NCBI GenBank assembly: GCA_028689655.1
Contig: JAQVCT010000012.1
Location: 2,753 to 66,752 of the forward strand
Source: Lachnospiraceae bacterium
GTDB lineage: Bacteria > Bacillota > Clostridia > Lachnospirales > Lachnospiraceae
DNA: 64,000 nt
Reading direction: 5' to 3'
Shown: one piece after another, positions 8,197-16,310 of the stretch
Numbering within the stretch: position 1 is the first letter of the stretch
Layout: every line of letters starts with the position of its first letter
The notes under the pieces: generated by a model
Databases searched by the model: none
What the model was told of the DNA's origin: nothing
What the model saw: only the letters and a program-made list of their open reading frames with translations
Translations under genes and position numbers: made by a program

Positions 8197-8349
8197 GTAA
8201 CTATTCAGAACCCCATGCGCAAAATCGCTTCTTCGAAGCTATTCTTTTGCTTATGTGGTTACTTCGCCAAATAAATTCACAAAAATCAGCTAAATCATGC
8301 AAGCATGATTCGCATATTTTTATGAATTTGCTTGGCTCTGAATAGTTAC
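8197..8349. repeat. 153-bp MITE/REP-like element with 16-bp terminal inverted repeats (TIRs) and nested internal palindromes
   Basis: The left end gtaactattcagaacc matches the reverse complement of the right end ggctctgaatagttac at 15 of 16 positions. Internal palindromes are aatcatgc-aa-gcatgatt and aaattcacaaaaat...atttttatgaattt. Partial copies lie at 16228, 18288 and 31057. Confidence 0.6.
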
Positions 8350-8350
8350 A

Positions 8351-8478
8351 AAATAAGTAAAGAATACAGAGAAAAGTAAGAAAATACAGAATAAGTAAGA
8401 AATACGAAATAAGTAAGGAATCAGAGAGAAGTAAGAAATACAGAATAAGTAAGAAAACATAAAGATAAATAAGGAGTA
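8351..8478. repeat. Degenerate A/G-rich tandem repeat with an approximately 18-bp unit resembling aataagtaagaaatacag, about 6-7 units
   Basis: Visible periodic recurrence of aataagtaag/aagtaagaaatacag between the MITE-like element and the cbiB RBS. Confidence 0.75.
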
Positions 8479-8486
8479 ACAGATCC

Positions 8487-9464
8487 ATGACCATATGGGA
8501 GTATCAGTGTATCGTGGTGATGGCGGCATCACTGCTGGATGTTTTGTTCGGTGATCCGGAATGGATGCCACATTTCATCAGAATTATGGGAAAGGCAATT
8601 GCCCTTGGAACGAAGTGGATTAGAGCCGGTCTTCCCAAAACAGCATACTATGAACGGCTTGGGGGTAAATTATTGGTAATTTTCATGCTGCTGTTATTTG
8701 GGCTGCCGTGTCTTGGTATCCTATACGGCACTTATCTGATCGATCCTGCCCTGTCAGTAGTGATTGGGTCAATAATCGGCTATCAGATGTTAGCCATGAA
8801 AGATTTGAAAAAGGAAAGTATGAACGTTTACAGGGCATTGGCGAACAAAAGTGAAGATTCCATTCAGAATGGGAGAAAAGCAGTAGCACGTATTGTAGGG
8901 CGTGATACCGCACAGTTGGATGAAAAGGGAATTATAAAAGCAACGGTGGAGACGGTGGCTGAGAATACTTCGGATGGTGTCATTGCACCACTGCTTTATC
9001 TGGCAATAGGGGGACCTGTCCTGGGAGTCCTCTATAAAGTGGTAAATACCATGGATTCCATGATTGGCTATAAAAATGAGGAATATTTGCATTTTGGGCG
9101 TGCAGCAGCGAAGATGGATGATGTGTGGAATTATGTCCCGGCGAGGCTTGCGGCTTATGCCATGGTCCTGGCAAGCGGGATACTGGGATATGGCATCAGG
9201 GATGCGTATCGAATCTACAAGCGGGATCGTTATTGTCATGCCAGTCCCAACTCAGCACAGACAGAAGCGGTAATGGCAGGTGCCCTGGGTGTGCAGTTAG
9301 CGGGCGATGCCTATTATTTTGGCAAGTTATATCAGAAGCCCACCATCGGTGATGTCAGAAGAGATATCACCTGCGAGGACATTAAGAGGGCGAATATGCT
9401 CTTATACGTTACAGCTTTGGTTCTGTTCACAGGTATCCTGTTTATCTACAAATTTCTCATATGA
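8487..9464 (+). CDS. cbiB: Adenosylcobinamide-phosphate synthase CbiB
   Basis: The N-terminal LLDVLFGDPEWMPHFIRIMGK matches the CbiB/CobD signature. It is a polytopic membrane protein. The RBS AAGGAG lies upstream. Confidence 0.85.
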   Translation: MTIWEYQCIVVMAASLLDVLFGDPEWMPHFIRIMGKAIALGTKWIRAGLPKTAYYERLGGKLLVIFMLLLFGLPCLGILYGTYLIDPALSVVIGSIIGYQMLAMKDLKKESMNVYRALANKSEDSIQNGRKAVARIVGRDTAQLDEKGIIKATVETVAENTSDGVIAPLLYLAIGGPVLGVLYKVVNTMDSMIGYKNEEYLHFGRAAAKMDDVWNYVPARLAAYAMVLASGILGYGIRDAYRIYKRDRYCHASPNSAQTEAVMAGALGVQLAGDAYYFGKLYQKPTIGDVRRDITCEDIKRANMLLYVTALVLFTGILFIYKFLI

Positions 9465-9552
9465 AATAATGCAGAATCCTCCGAATGTGATGGAAAGAAA
9501 TGAGATATGAAAATGATATTATTTCAATATTTAAAGATAGAAGAATAGATAG

Positions 9553-10089
9553 AAGGATGCATACTTTGAACAATTAGCATATTTAATCAAGCATTCTGTG
9601 ATTGGTACACTGGTGGCACAGCGCCTTCACAGGGAAATGGTACCACGTCCATTTCTATCCTGCTGTATAGAAGAATGCATGATTAAGGGCAAGGATCTCA
9701 GTCAGGGCGGAGCAAAATATAATATCGGACCAGTCATTACAGGAATTGGCCTGGCTGTTGTAGCCAATTCACTGGCTGTGATTCATAAGCTTGTATTTGA
9801 AGAGAAGACAACCACCCTTCAGGAAATATGTGATGCTACAGCGGCAAACTGGAAGGGATATGAGAAACTTCGCAAACAGGTGCAGGAAGTACCAAAATAC
9901 GGAAATGATGATGACTATGTGGATTCCCTTGCAGTAGAGATTGCCAACTTTTACTACAAAGAGGTACACCAGTACAAAGATATATTTGGCTCACCATTTA
10001 TAACAGCGTTCATGGGAATCTCCAATTATATTCCTAAGGTGGAGAAAATGGCATATGATAGAAAGATTAAAATAGTTTCGTATCGCTAG
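9553..10089 (+). pseudogene. Internal fragment of a glycyl radical enzyme (PFL2 / glycerol-dehydratase / choline-lyase-like family)
   Basis: PFLSCCIEECMIKGKDLSQGGAKYN and YGNDDDYVD resemble conserved mid-protein blocks of roughly 800-aa glycyl radical enzymes. Only about 175 codons are open. There is no N-terminus, catalytic Cys loop or C-terminal Gly-radical motif. The frame diverges after NYIP. Confidence 0.55.
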
Positions 10090-10243
10090 GCATTGCGTGG
10101 GGTTGGTGCTAACTGACAATGTTTGGATGAGTTCATGCTACCTGGCCCAATTTGAAGGATTTGTGCAAAAGAGAGAAGATTGGCATCAAAAAATGATTTT
10201 CGTGGTAAAAATATCTAAAAATTAAATTTTTATAAAAAAGATA

Positions 10244-10272
10244 TTGCAAAATGTAAAATACGGTTCTATAAT
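10244..10272 (+). promoter_or_regulatory. Sigma-70-type promoter for the liv-like operon
   Basis: TTGCAA (10244-10249), a 17-nt spacer, then TATAAT (10267-10272). It lies about 230 nt upstream of the SBP (substrate-binding protein) start codon. Confidence 0.5.
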
Positions 10273-10437
10273 GAGCAACATCAAAGCAAAAGCAAATCAG
10301 AAGTTTGACAATTTAGAAAGGCACTTGGCATTAGAGTTGCATGAATAACAAGTTAGAAGTGTAACGAATGCATCACAAGTTCCAGAAACAAAAGGGTTTC
10401 AACGTTTATCAATGCAATCTGTAAGGATTCTGTTGAT

Positions 10438-10460
10438 AAGGGCTGAAGCTCTTTTTTTTA
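10438..10460 (+). terminator. Possible leader attenuator/terminator upstream of the liv-like SBP gene
   Basis: aagggc-tgaa-gctctt stem of 6 bp including one G-U pair, followed by T8. An upstream competing hairpin ttatcaa...ttgataa (10405-10439) shares bases with the 5' arm. Confidence 0.3.
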
Positions 10461-10501
10461 TCTTTGTACCAAAAGAAGTTCCAAACAAAAGGAGGAAGAT
10501 T

Positions 10502-11725
10502 ATGAAGAGAAAAATGTTATCCGTGATTTTGGCAACAGCAATGGTAGCCAGTGTGGTGTCAGGATGTGGTAGTACAGCATCAACAAGTGATACAGCAGCA
10601 CCAGCAGCTACAGAAGAAGCAACTGGTACTACAGAAGCAGCAGCTACACCTGTTGCAGCAGGAAAAGAGGACAATATCATCAAGATCGGTGCTGTATGTG
10701 CCATGACAGGTGGTAGCGCTATCTACGGAGAAGGCGCACAGAATGCAGTTGATATGGCAGTGGAAGAGATCAATGCAGCAGGCGGCGACTACACAGTAGA
10801 GATTGTAAACGGAGGAAAAGTAGTAGATGATGCCAAAGATTCCAAACAGGCAGTCAATGCATACAACAGCTTGATTCCAGATGGTCCGGAAGCAGTAATC
10901 GGTTCCTTCTTCTCATCCGTAACATTACCAATGGCAGAGCTTGCGAATGACCAGGGTATGTTATTACTGGCATGTGGAGCTACCAATACGAATGTTACAT
11001 TAACAGGACCTACTATTTTCAGAGATTGCTTCATTGATCCTTATCAAGGCAAGATGGCAGCAAAATTCGCATCAGAAAAAGGAGCAGCAAAAGCAGCAGT
11101 CATCTATGCAAAAGATGATGATTATTCAAACGGACTGATGGAAGCTTTTGTAGAGAATGCAGAGGCTGGTGGCATCGAAGTGGTATACACAGGTGAATGT
11201 ACCACAACAGATACAGACTTTACAGCACAGGCTTCACAGGCAGTTGCATCAGGAGCAGACTTCGTATTCTATCCTTGCTTCCTTGATACTGTTCCACTTT
11301 TCGTACAGCAGGTAAGAGATGCTGGATTTGAAGGAATGATCATGGGTGGTGATGGTTGGGATGGTTCTGATACAACAGGACTTGAAACATACTTCGATAA
11401 CTGCTACTTCACCAATCACTATTCTTCAGAGGATACATCAGAAGCAGTTCAGTCATTTGTTAGCAAATACACAGAGAAATACGGAACAGAAAGCCTGACA
11501 GCATGTGCAGCATTATACTATGATGCAATCTACATGTTAGTAGAGGCAGCTAAGAATGGTGGCGGAACAGATACAGCTTCCTTAGTATCAGGAATGACAG
11601 GCATGACATTCACAGGTGTTGGTGGAACATTTACAATGGATGAGAACGGTGATCCGGAAAAAGCTATTGTAGTAAATACTTACGACAATGGACAGATCAA
11701 ATGGTTAGAGACATTACAGCCATAG
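10502..11725 (+). CDS. Branched-chain/hydrophobic amino-acid ABC transporter substrate-binding lipoprotein (LivJ/K family)
   Basis: Lipoprotein signal MKRKMLSVILATAMVASVVSGCGS followed by a Thr/Ala-rich tether. It has a type-I periplasmic-binding-protein pattern, the RBS AAAGGAGG, and is followed by livHMGF. Confidence 0.85.
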   Translation: MKRKMLSVILATAMVASVVSGCGSTASTSDTAAPAATEEATGTTEAAATPVAAGKEDNIIKIGAVCAMTGGSAIYGEGAQNAVDMAVEEINAAGGDYTVEIVNGGKVVDDAKDSKQAVNAYNSLIPDGPEAVIGSFFSSVTLPMAELANDQGMLLLACGATNTNVTLTGPTIFRDCFIDPYQGKMAAKFASEKGAAKAAVIYAKDDDYSNGLMEAFVENAEAGGIEVVYTGECTTTDTDFTAQASQAVASGADFVFYPCFLDTVPLFVQQVRDAGFEGMIMGGDGWDGSDTTGLETYFDNCYFTNHYSSEDTSEAVQSFVSKYTEKYGTESLTACAALYYDAIYMLVEAAKNGGGTDTASLVSGMTGMTFTGVGGTFTMDENGDPEKAIVVNTYDNGQIKWLETLQP

Positions 11726-11733
11726 GGATATAA

Positions 11734-11867
11734 AAAAAGGAGCACATGGCATTAAAATTGCACTAGCGTGCAAGCCATGTACGTAGGCAATGCATTTGAG
11801 AAAAAGGAGCACATGGCATTAGAATTGCACTAGCGTGCAAGCCATGTGCGTAGGCAAAGCATTTGAA
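11734..11867. repeat. Tandem duplication of a 67-bp unit, each copy containing a 9-bp-stem hairpin (gcacatggc ... gccatgtgc)
   Basis: Copies at 11734-11800 and 11801-11867 are nearly identical. Confidence 0.9.
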
Positions 11868-11900
11868 AAGCAATGCTTTACAAATTACAAGTGGCAAAGG

Positions 11901-11934
11901 CGCCAGGACAGATAAAATAGGTCCTGGCGTTTTT
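11901..11934 (+). terminator. Rho-independent terminator/attenuator between the SBP gene and livH
   Basis: cgccaggac - 11-nt loop - gtcctggcg, followed by TTTTT. Confidence 0.8.
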
Positions 11935-12029
11935 GTATTTAGATAAAAGTATCGAATTCGGGAGAGCACAGAAAGCATTCTGTTTTTTCTCGAATTCGAT
12001 AAAATGAAAAAGAAGGGAAGGTGACACAC

Positions 12030-12917
12030 ATGTCATTATTTATACAAAGTATCGTAAACGGACTAAACCAGGGAGCGATATATGCATTGATTGCACTGGG
12101 CTACACCATGGTATATGGAATTATCCGAATGATTAATTTCGCACATGGTGATTTTATCATGGTTGGTGCTTACACATTGTTTTACACAATTCCGCTGATG
12201 ATCAGCGCGGGAATGCCTGCATGGTTAGCGGTCATCATAGCCATCGTAATCTGTAGCGTCATTGGTGTGATGGTAGAAGTAATCGCCTATAGACCTGTAC
12301 GTCGATCAGGTTCTATGTCAGCATTGATTACAGCATTGGCAATGAGTGTATTTCTGGAAAATCTGGCAATGGTTCTCTTTGGAGCAAATCCAAAATCTGT
12401 GCCAGCTATTTTTAATTTACCGGCAGTTGAAATATTAGGTGCGAAGCTGCAGCTCAAATACCTGCTTACATTGGGAATTGGAATTCTCATCATGGTAGGC
12501 CTTCAGTTGTTTGTCAAATTCACCAAGCTTGGAAAAGCAATGAGAGCAGTACCACAGGATAAACAGGCAGCCACACTTGTGGGAATCAAAGTAAATAAGA
12601 TTATTACCACAACCTTTGCCATTGGTTCTGGATTAGCTGCTGTTGCAGCACTAATGTATTGCAGTACCTACCCAAGATGTACCACAGATATGGGAAGCAT
12701 GATGGGACTGAAAGCATTTATTGCAGCAGTACTTGGAGGAATCGGGGTGATTCCAGGTGCTATGATTGGTGGATTAATCGTAGGTCTGGTAGAGATATTT
12801 GTAAAAGTATACATCGCTCCTGGATGGTATGAAGCTATTACATACAGCATATTGATAATCGTGCTTCTCATAAAGCCTTCTGGTATCTTAGGAAAAAATG
12901 TGGGTGAGAAAGTATAA
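12030..12917 (+). CDS. livH: Branched-chain amino-acid ABC transporter permease LivH
   Basis: N-terminal QSIVNGLNQGAIYALIALGYTMVYG is a typical LivH signature. It is a polytopic membrane protein. The ATG at 12030 follows GAAGGGAAGG. Confidence 0.85.
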   Translation: MSLFIQSIVNGLNQGAIYALIALGYTMVYGIIRMINFAHGDFIMVGAYTLFYTIPLMISAGMPAWLAVIIAIVICSVIGVMVEVIAYRPVRRSGSMSALITALAMSVFLENLAMVLFGANPKSVPAIFNLPAVEILGAKLQLKYLLTLGIGILIMVGLQLFVKFTKLGKAMRAVPQDKQAATLVGIKVNKIITTTFAIGSGLAAVAALMYCSTYPRCTTDMGSMMGLKAFIAAVLGGIGVIPGAMIGGLIVGLVEIFVKVYIAPGWYEAITYSILIIVLLIKPSGILGKNVGEKV

Positions 12918-12961
12918 AAATCTAGGATGTACTGATGTTCAAATGTGGGAGGAGCAATCGT

Positions 12962-13987
12962 ATGAAAAAAATAGAAAGTAAAAAAGTAGCATATTTACTG
13001 AATTTCATAGCAATATGCATCTTTTTTGGAATATTGATGATTTTATTTAAAAAAGAAGTATTTGGATCACGAACCAGTTATTTCCAGGGTATCTGCACAA
13101 CAGCATGCTACACCATTATCATGGTGGCATCCTTGAATCTGCTAACAGGATTCATGGGTGAATTCTCACTGGGGCATGCAGGATTTATGTCTGTAGGAGC
13201 ATTTAGCTCCGCCATTCTCACCAACTATTTGGCAGAAAGTGGAATTCCTTCCTTCGTATTATTTTTAATGTGCTTACTGGTAGGCGGTATTGCCGCTGGT
13301 ATTACCGGCATTGCGGTAGGTGTTCCGGCACTTCGACTGAGAGGCGATTATCTGTGTATCGTTACAGTGGCCTTCGCAGAGATTATTCGTGTAGCATTTT
13401 GTAACTTTAAGATCACAGGTGGTGGTAAGACCATGAGTGGCATTACCAGATTATCTAATTTTTACTGGGTTTTCTGGGTAATGGTCATCTGTGTTACCAT
13501 CATGTACATGTATGTGAGATCCAGATATGGCAGAACTGTAATGGCTATTCGTGAGGATTATATTGCAGCCTCTGCAAGTGGCATTAATGTCACCTACTAC
13601 AAGGTGCTGACCTTTACCATATCAGCTTTTTTCGCAGGGATTGCGGGAGCTATCTATGCACATTACATGACAGCAATTATTCCTACGAACTTTAACTTTA
13701 ACTATTCGGCAGAGTTCCTGACAGAGGTTATTATCGGAGGAACGGGTTCTCTTACAGGTTCCGTAATCGGTGCCGCTTTCCTGTCAGCATTACCTGAGCT
13801 TATGAGACAGTTCTCTAATTATAGAATGTTAGCCTACTCCATCGTATTGGTATTGGTAATGATCTTCAAGCCAAGCGGAATCTTCGGTACCTATGAATTC
13901 TCCCTAGTGAGAGTCATTAACCGTCTCTTGGGGAAATCTACAACAGGATCTACAGCATCAAAAAAAACGGTTCAGGAGGTGGAGTAA
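12962..13987 (+). CDS. livM: Branched-chain amino-acid ABC transporter permease LivM
   Basis: GEFSLGHAGFMSVGAF and LRLRGDYLCIVTVAFAEIIR are LivM-type motifs. ATG 12962 follows GGGAGGAG. The ORF is open from 12935. Confidence 0.85.
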   Translation: MKKIESKKVAYLLNFIAICIFFGILMILFKKEVFGSRTSYFQGICTTACYTIIMVASLNLLTGFMGEFSLGHAGFMSVGAFSSAILTNYLAESGIPSFVLFLMCLLVGGIAAGITGIAVGVPALRLRGDYLCIVTVAFAEIIRVAFCNFKITGGGKTMSGITRLSNFYWVFWVMVICVTIMYMYVRSRYGRTVMAIREDYIAASASGINVTYYKVLTFTISAFFAGIAGAIYAHYMTAIIPTNFNFNYSAEFLTEVIIGGTGSLTGSVIGAAFLSALPELMRQFSNYRMLAYSIVLVLVMIFKPSGIFGTYEFSLVRVINRLLGKSTTGSTASKKTVQEVE

Positions 13988-14782
13988 ATGGGCGCAGCAA
14001 CAGAACCAGTATTAAAAGCAGTTCATCTGGGAATCAGCTTTGGTGGATTGAAGGCAGTGAGTGACTTCAGCATCGAAATCGGAGAAAGTGAATTATTCGG
14101 GTTAATCGGTCCCAATGGTGCAGGTAAGACTACCGTATTTAATCTCCTTACAGGTGTATATCAGCCTACAGAAGGCGGCTTCTACCTGAATGGAGAGAAG
14201 ATGAATGGTAAGAAAACCCACCAGGTGGTCGAAGCAGGAATTGCCAGAACATTTCAGAATATCAGACTTTTTAAGAAAATGACTGCCCTGGAAAATGTCA
14301 AGGTAGCGATGAATATGAAGATGAAATACAATCTGGTGGATGCTATTTTCAGAACCCCTACTTATTGGGCAGAAGAAAAAGCAGTGGAAGAGAAGGCACT
14401 GGAATTACTAAAAGTAGTACATCTGGAGGATAAAGCAGACACTGTGGCAGAGAATCTTCCTTATGGTCAGCAGAGAAGACTTGAAATCGCCAGAGCACTG
14501 GCTACCCATATGAAGCTCCTATTATTAGATGAACCGGCAGCAGGTATGAACCCTACGGAGACAGCAGAGTTATTGGATATCATCAGTGTCATCAGAAATC
14601 ATTTTAAGATATCTGTGCTACTCATTGAGCACGATATGAGTCTGGTCATGAAGATCTGTGAGAAGATACAGGTCATTGATTATGGTGAAACCATTGCATT
14701 CGGCACACCAGAAGAGATTGCCAATCATCCAAGAGTAATAGAAGCATATCTTGGAAAGGATGAGGAGGAAAACGAATGTTAG
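13988..14782 (+). CDS. livG: Branched-chain amino-acid ABC transporter ATP-binding protein LivG
   Basis: Walker A GPNGAGKTT, signature YGQQRRLEIARAL, Walker B LLLLDEPAAG. Confidence 0.9.
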   Translation: MGAATEPVLKAVHLGISFGGLKAVSDFSIEIGESELFGLIGPNGAGKTTVFNLLTGVYQPTEGGFYLNGEKMNGKKTHQVVEAGIARTFQNIRLFKKMTALENVKVAMNMKMKYNLVDAIFRTPTYWAEEKAVEEKALELLKVVHLEDKADTVAENLPYGQQRRLEIARALATHMKLLLLDEPAAGMNPTETAELLDIISVIRNHFKISVLLIEHDMSLVMKICEKIQVIDYGETIAFGTPEEIANHPRVIEAYLGKDEEENEC

Positions 14783-15483
14783 AGTTGAAGGACGTAAATG
14801 TATCCTATGGTGCCATTCATGCCATCCATGATGCAAGCCTCACAGTACAGGATGGAGAGATCGTGTCATTGATCGGAGCCAATGGAGCAGGAAAGACAAC
14901 AATATTACATACCATTACAGGATTAAAGGAAGCCACCAGCGGAAGCATTCGATACAATGATCTGGATCTGAGAGCCACAGATGCATCCAAGCTAATCAGC
15001 TATGGAATCGCTCATGTGCCAGAAGGAAGACATATTTTCCCAGGCATGACTGTATTGGAGAACCTGGAGATGGGAGCATATTCCCAGGGCAAGAACACAG
15101 AATTATTGGAGAAAAATAAAGCACTTGTATTTGAACGTTTTCCCAGATTAAAAGAGCGTTACCGCCAGCTGGCAGGAACCCTTTCAGGTGGAGAACAGCA
15201 GATGTTAGCCATGGGCAGAGCTTTAATGGGCAATCCCAAGATTCTCTTACTGGATGAACCATCCATGGGTCTCTCACCACTTCTGGTAAAAGAGATATTC
15301 AGTATCATAAAATATTGCCACGAGATGGGAATCACCATTCTGCTGGTGGAACAGAATGCCAAGATGGCATTGGGCATCGCTGACAGAGCATACGTATTAG
15401 AGACAGGGAATATTACCATCAGTGGAGATGCGAAAGAATTACTGGCAGATGAACGCGTCAAGAAAGCATATTTGGGACAGTAG
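14776..15483 (+). CDS. livF: Branched-chain amino-acid ABC transporter ATP-binding protein LivF
   Basis: Walker A GANGAGKTT, signature LSGGEQQMLAMGRAL, Walker B ILLLDEPS. Confidence 0.9.
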   Translation: MLELKDVNVSYGAIHAIHDASLTVQDGEIVSLIGANGAGKTTILHTITGLKEATSGSIRYNDLDLRATDASKLISYGIAHVPEGRHIFPGMTVLENLEMGAYSQGKNTELLEKNKALVFERFPRLKERYRQLAGTLSGGEQQMLAMGRALMGNPKILLLDEPSMGLSPLLVKEIFSIIKYCHEMGITILLVEQNAKMALGIADRAYVLETGNITISGDAKELLADERVKKAYLGQ

Positions 15484-15526
15484 ATGTGTGAAGTTTGTCC
15501 CGATTCTATTGGAATCGGAGACTCTG

Positions 15527-15568
15527 ACATCAGTCCATTGTCGAAGACAATTTTAGATGGACTGATGT
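15527..15568. other. 12-bp-stem hairpin after livF (acatcagtccat ... atggactgatgt) with the inner palindrome ttgtcgaagacaa
   Basis: The perfect inverted repeat is read directly from the sequence. There is no T-tract, so terminator function is uncertain. Confidence 0.5.
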
Positions 15569-15599
15569 TCACGTAATTGTGTGAAGGAAGGGCAAAAAT

Positions 15600-16223
15600 A
15601 TGGAACGATTTATTATAGCAATCACCAGAACCTGTGGAAGCGGGGCAACCACCGTCAGCAAGATGCTGGCAGATGAATACGGCATTGATCTCTATGACAG
15701 AAAGCTGTTACGTCTGGCATCGGAAGACAGTGGAATTAATGAAGCACTATTTGGTAAGGCAGATGAGAAAGTGAAAAAGACGCTTTTGTATCATGCGTCC
15801 AGAAAAGTATATAACGGGGAATTAATCCCGCCAGAATCAGATGATTTCGCATCGGATAATAACTTATTTAATTATCAGGCAAAGGTATTAAAGGAATTGG
15901 CAAATCAGGAGTCTTATATTGTTATAGGACGTGGAGCAGATTACATCTTAAGGGATAATCCCAACATGATATCTGTTTTTCTTACAGCAGATCTAGAGAC
16001 ACGTATCACCCATGAGATGGAGAGAATGTGCTGTGATCGTAAGGAAGCCACCAAGTACATTCACAAGATGGATAAGTTCAGAAGTGAATACTATACCTAT
16101 CACACAGGTAAGAAGTGGAAAGATACGGAGAATTATGATCTTACACTAAATACAGCAAAGCTTGGCTATGACAAATGTGTAGAACTGATTAAGAACTATG
16201 TAAGCTATAGAACAGAGAAGTGA
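15600..16223 (+). CDS. Cytidylate-kinase-like family protein (P-loop NTPase of unknown function)
   Basis: IIAITRTCGSGATTVSKMLADEYGIDLYDRKLL resembles the clostridial cytidylate kinase-like family. It is distinct from the genuine cmk at 46191. Confidence 0.65.
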   Translation: MERFIIAITRTCGSGATTVSKMLADEYGIDLYDRKLLRLASEDSGINEALFGKADEKVKKTLLYHASRKVYNGELIPPESDDFASDNNLFNYQAKVLKELANQESYIVIGRGADYILRDNPNMISVFLTADLETRITHEMERMCCDRKEATKYIHKMDKFRSEYYTYHTGKKWKDTENYDLTLNTAKLGYDKCVELIKNYVSYRTEK

Positions 16224-16227
16224 AACA

Positions 16228-16259
16228 GCGTTTTTGCGAATGTGGTTCTGAATAGTTAT
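16228..16259. repeat. Partial copy (one end, inverted) of the MITE/REP-like element
   Basis: gcgtttttgcgaatgtggttctgaatagttat matches the reverse complement of 8198-8229 at about 27 of 32 positions. Confidence 0.6.
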
Positions 16260-16310
16260 AGAGGCAATTTAAAAATAAAAAAATAAAGAATCTGAAAAGA
16301 GGAACGAAAC

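Noticed and set aside
8201-8571. Two overlapping minus-strand ORFs (97 and 83 aa) with very hydrophobic, repetitive products
   Set aside because: They are translations of the MITE-like element and the purine-rich repeat array read on the opposite strand (poly Leu/Phe/Tyr). They also overlap the cbiB start.
10273-10501. T-box leader upstream of the liv-like operon
   Set aside because: There is no T-box sequence (AAnnnGGGTGGTACCGCG-like), no recognisable specifier loop and no AG bulge. It is kept only as an unclassified leader.
11763-12029. 88-aa minus-strand ORF in the SBP-livH spacer
   Set aside because: It runs through the 67-bp duplication, the hairpins and the terminator. It has no RBS, and the region is better explained as structured non-coding RNA/DNA.
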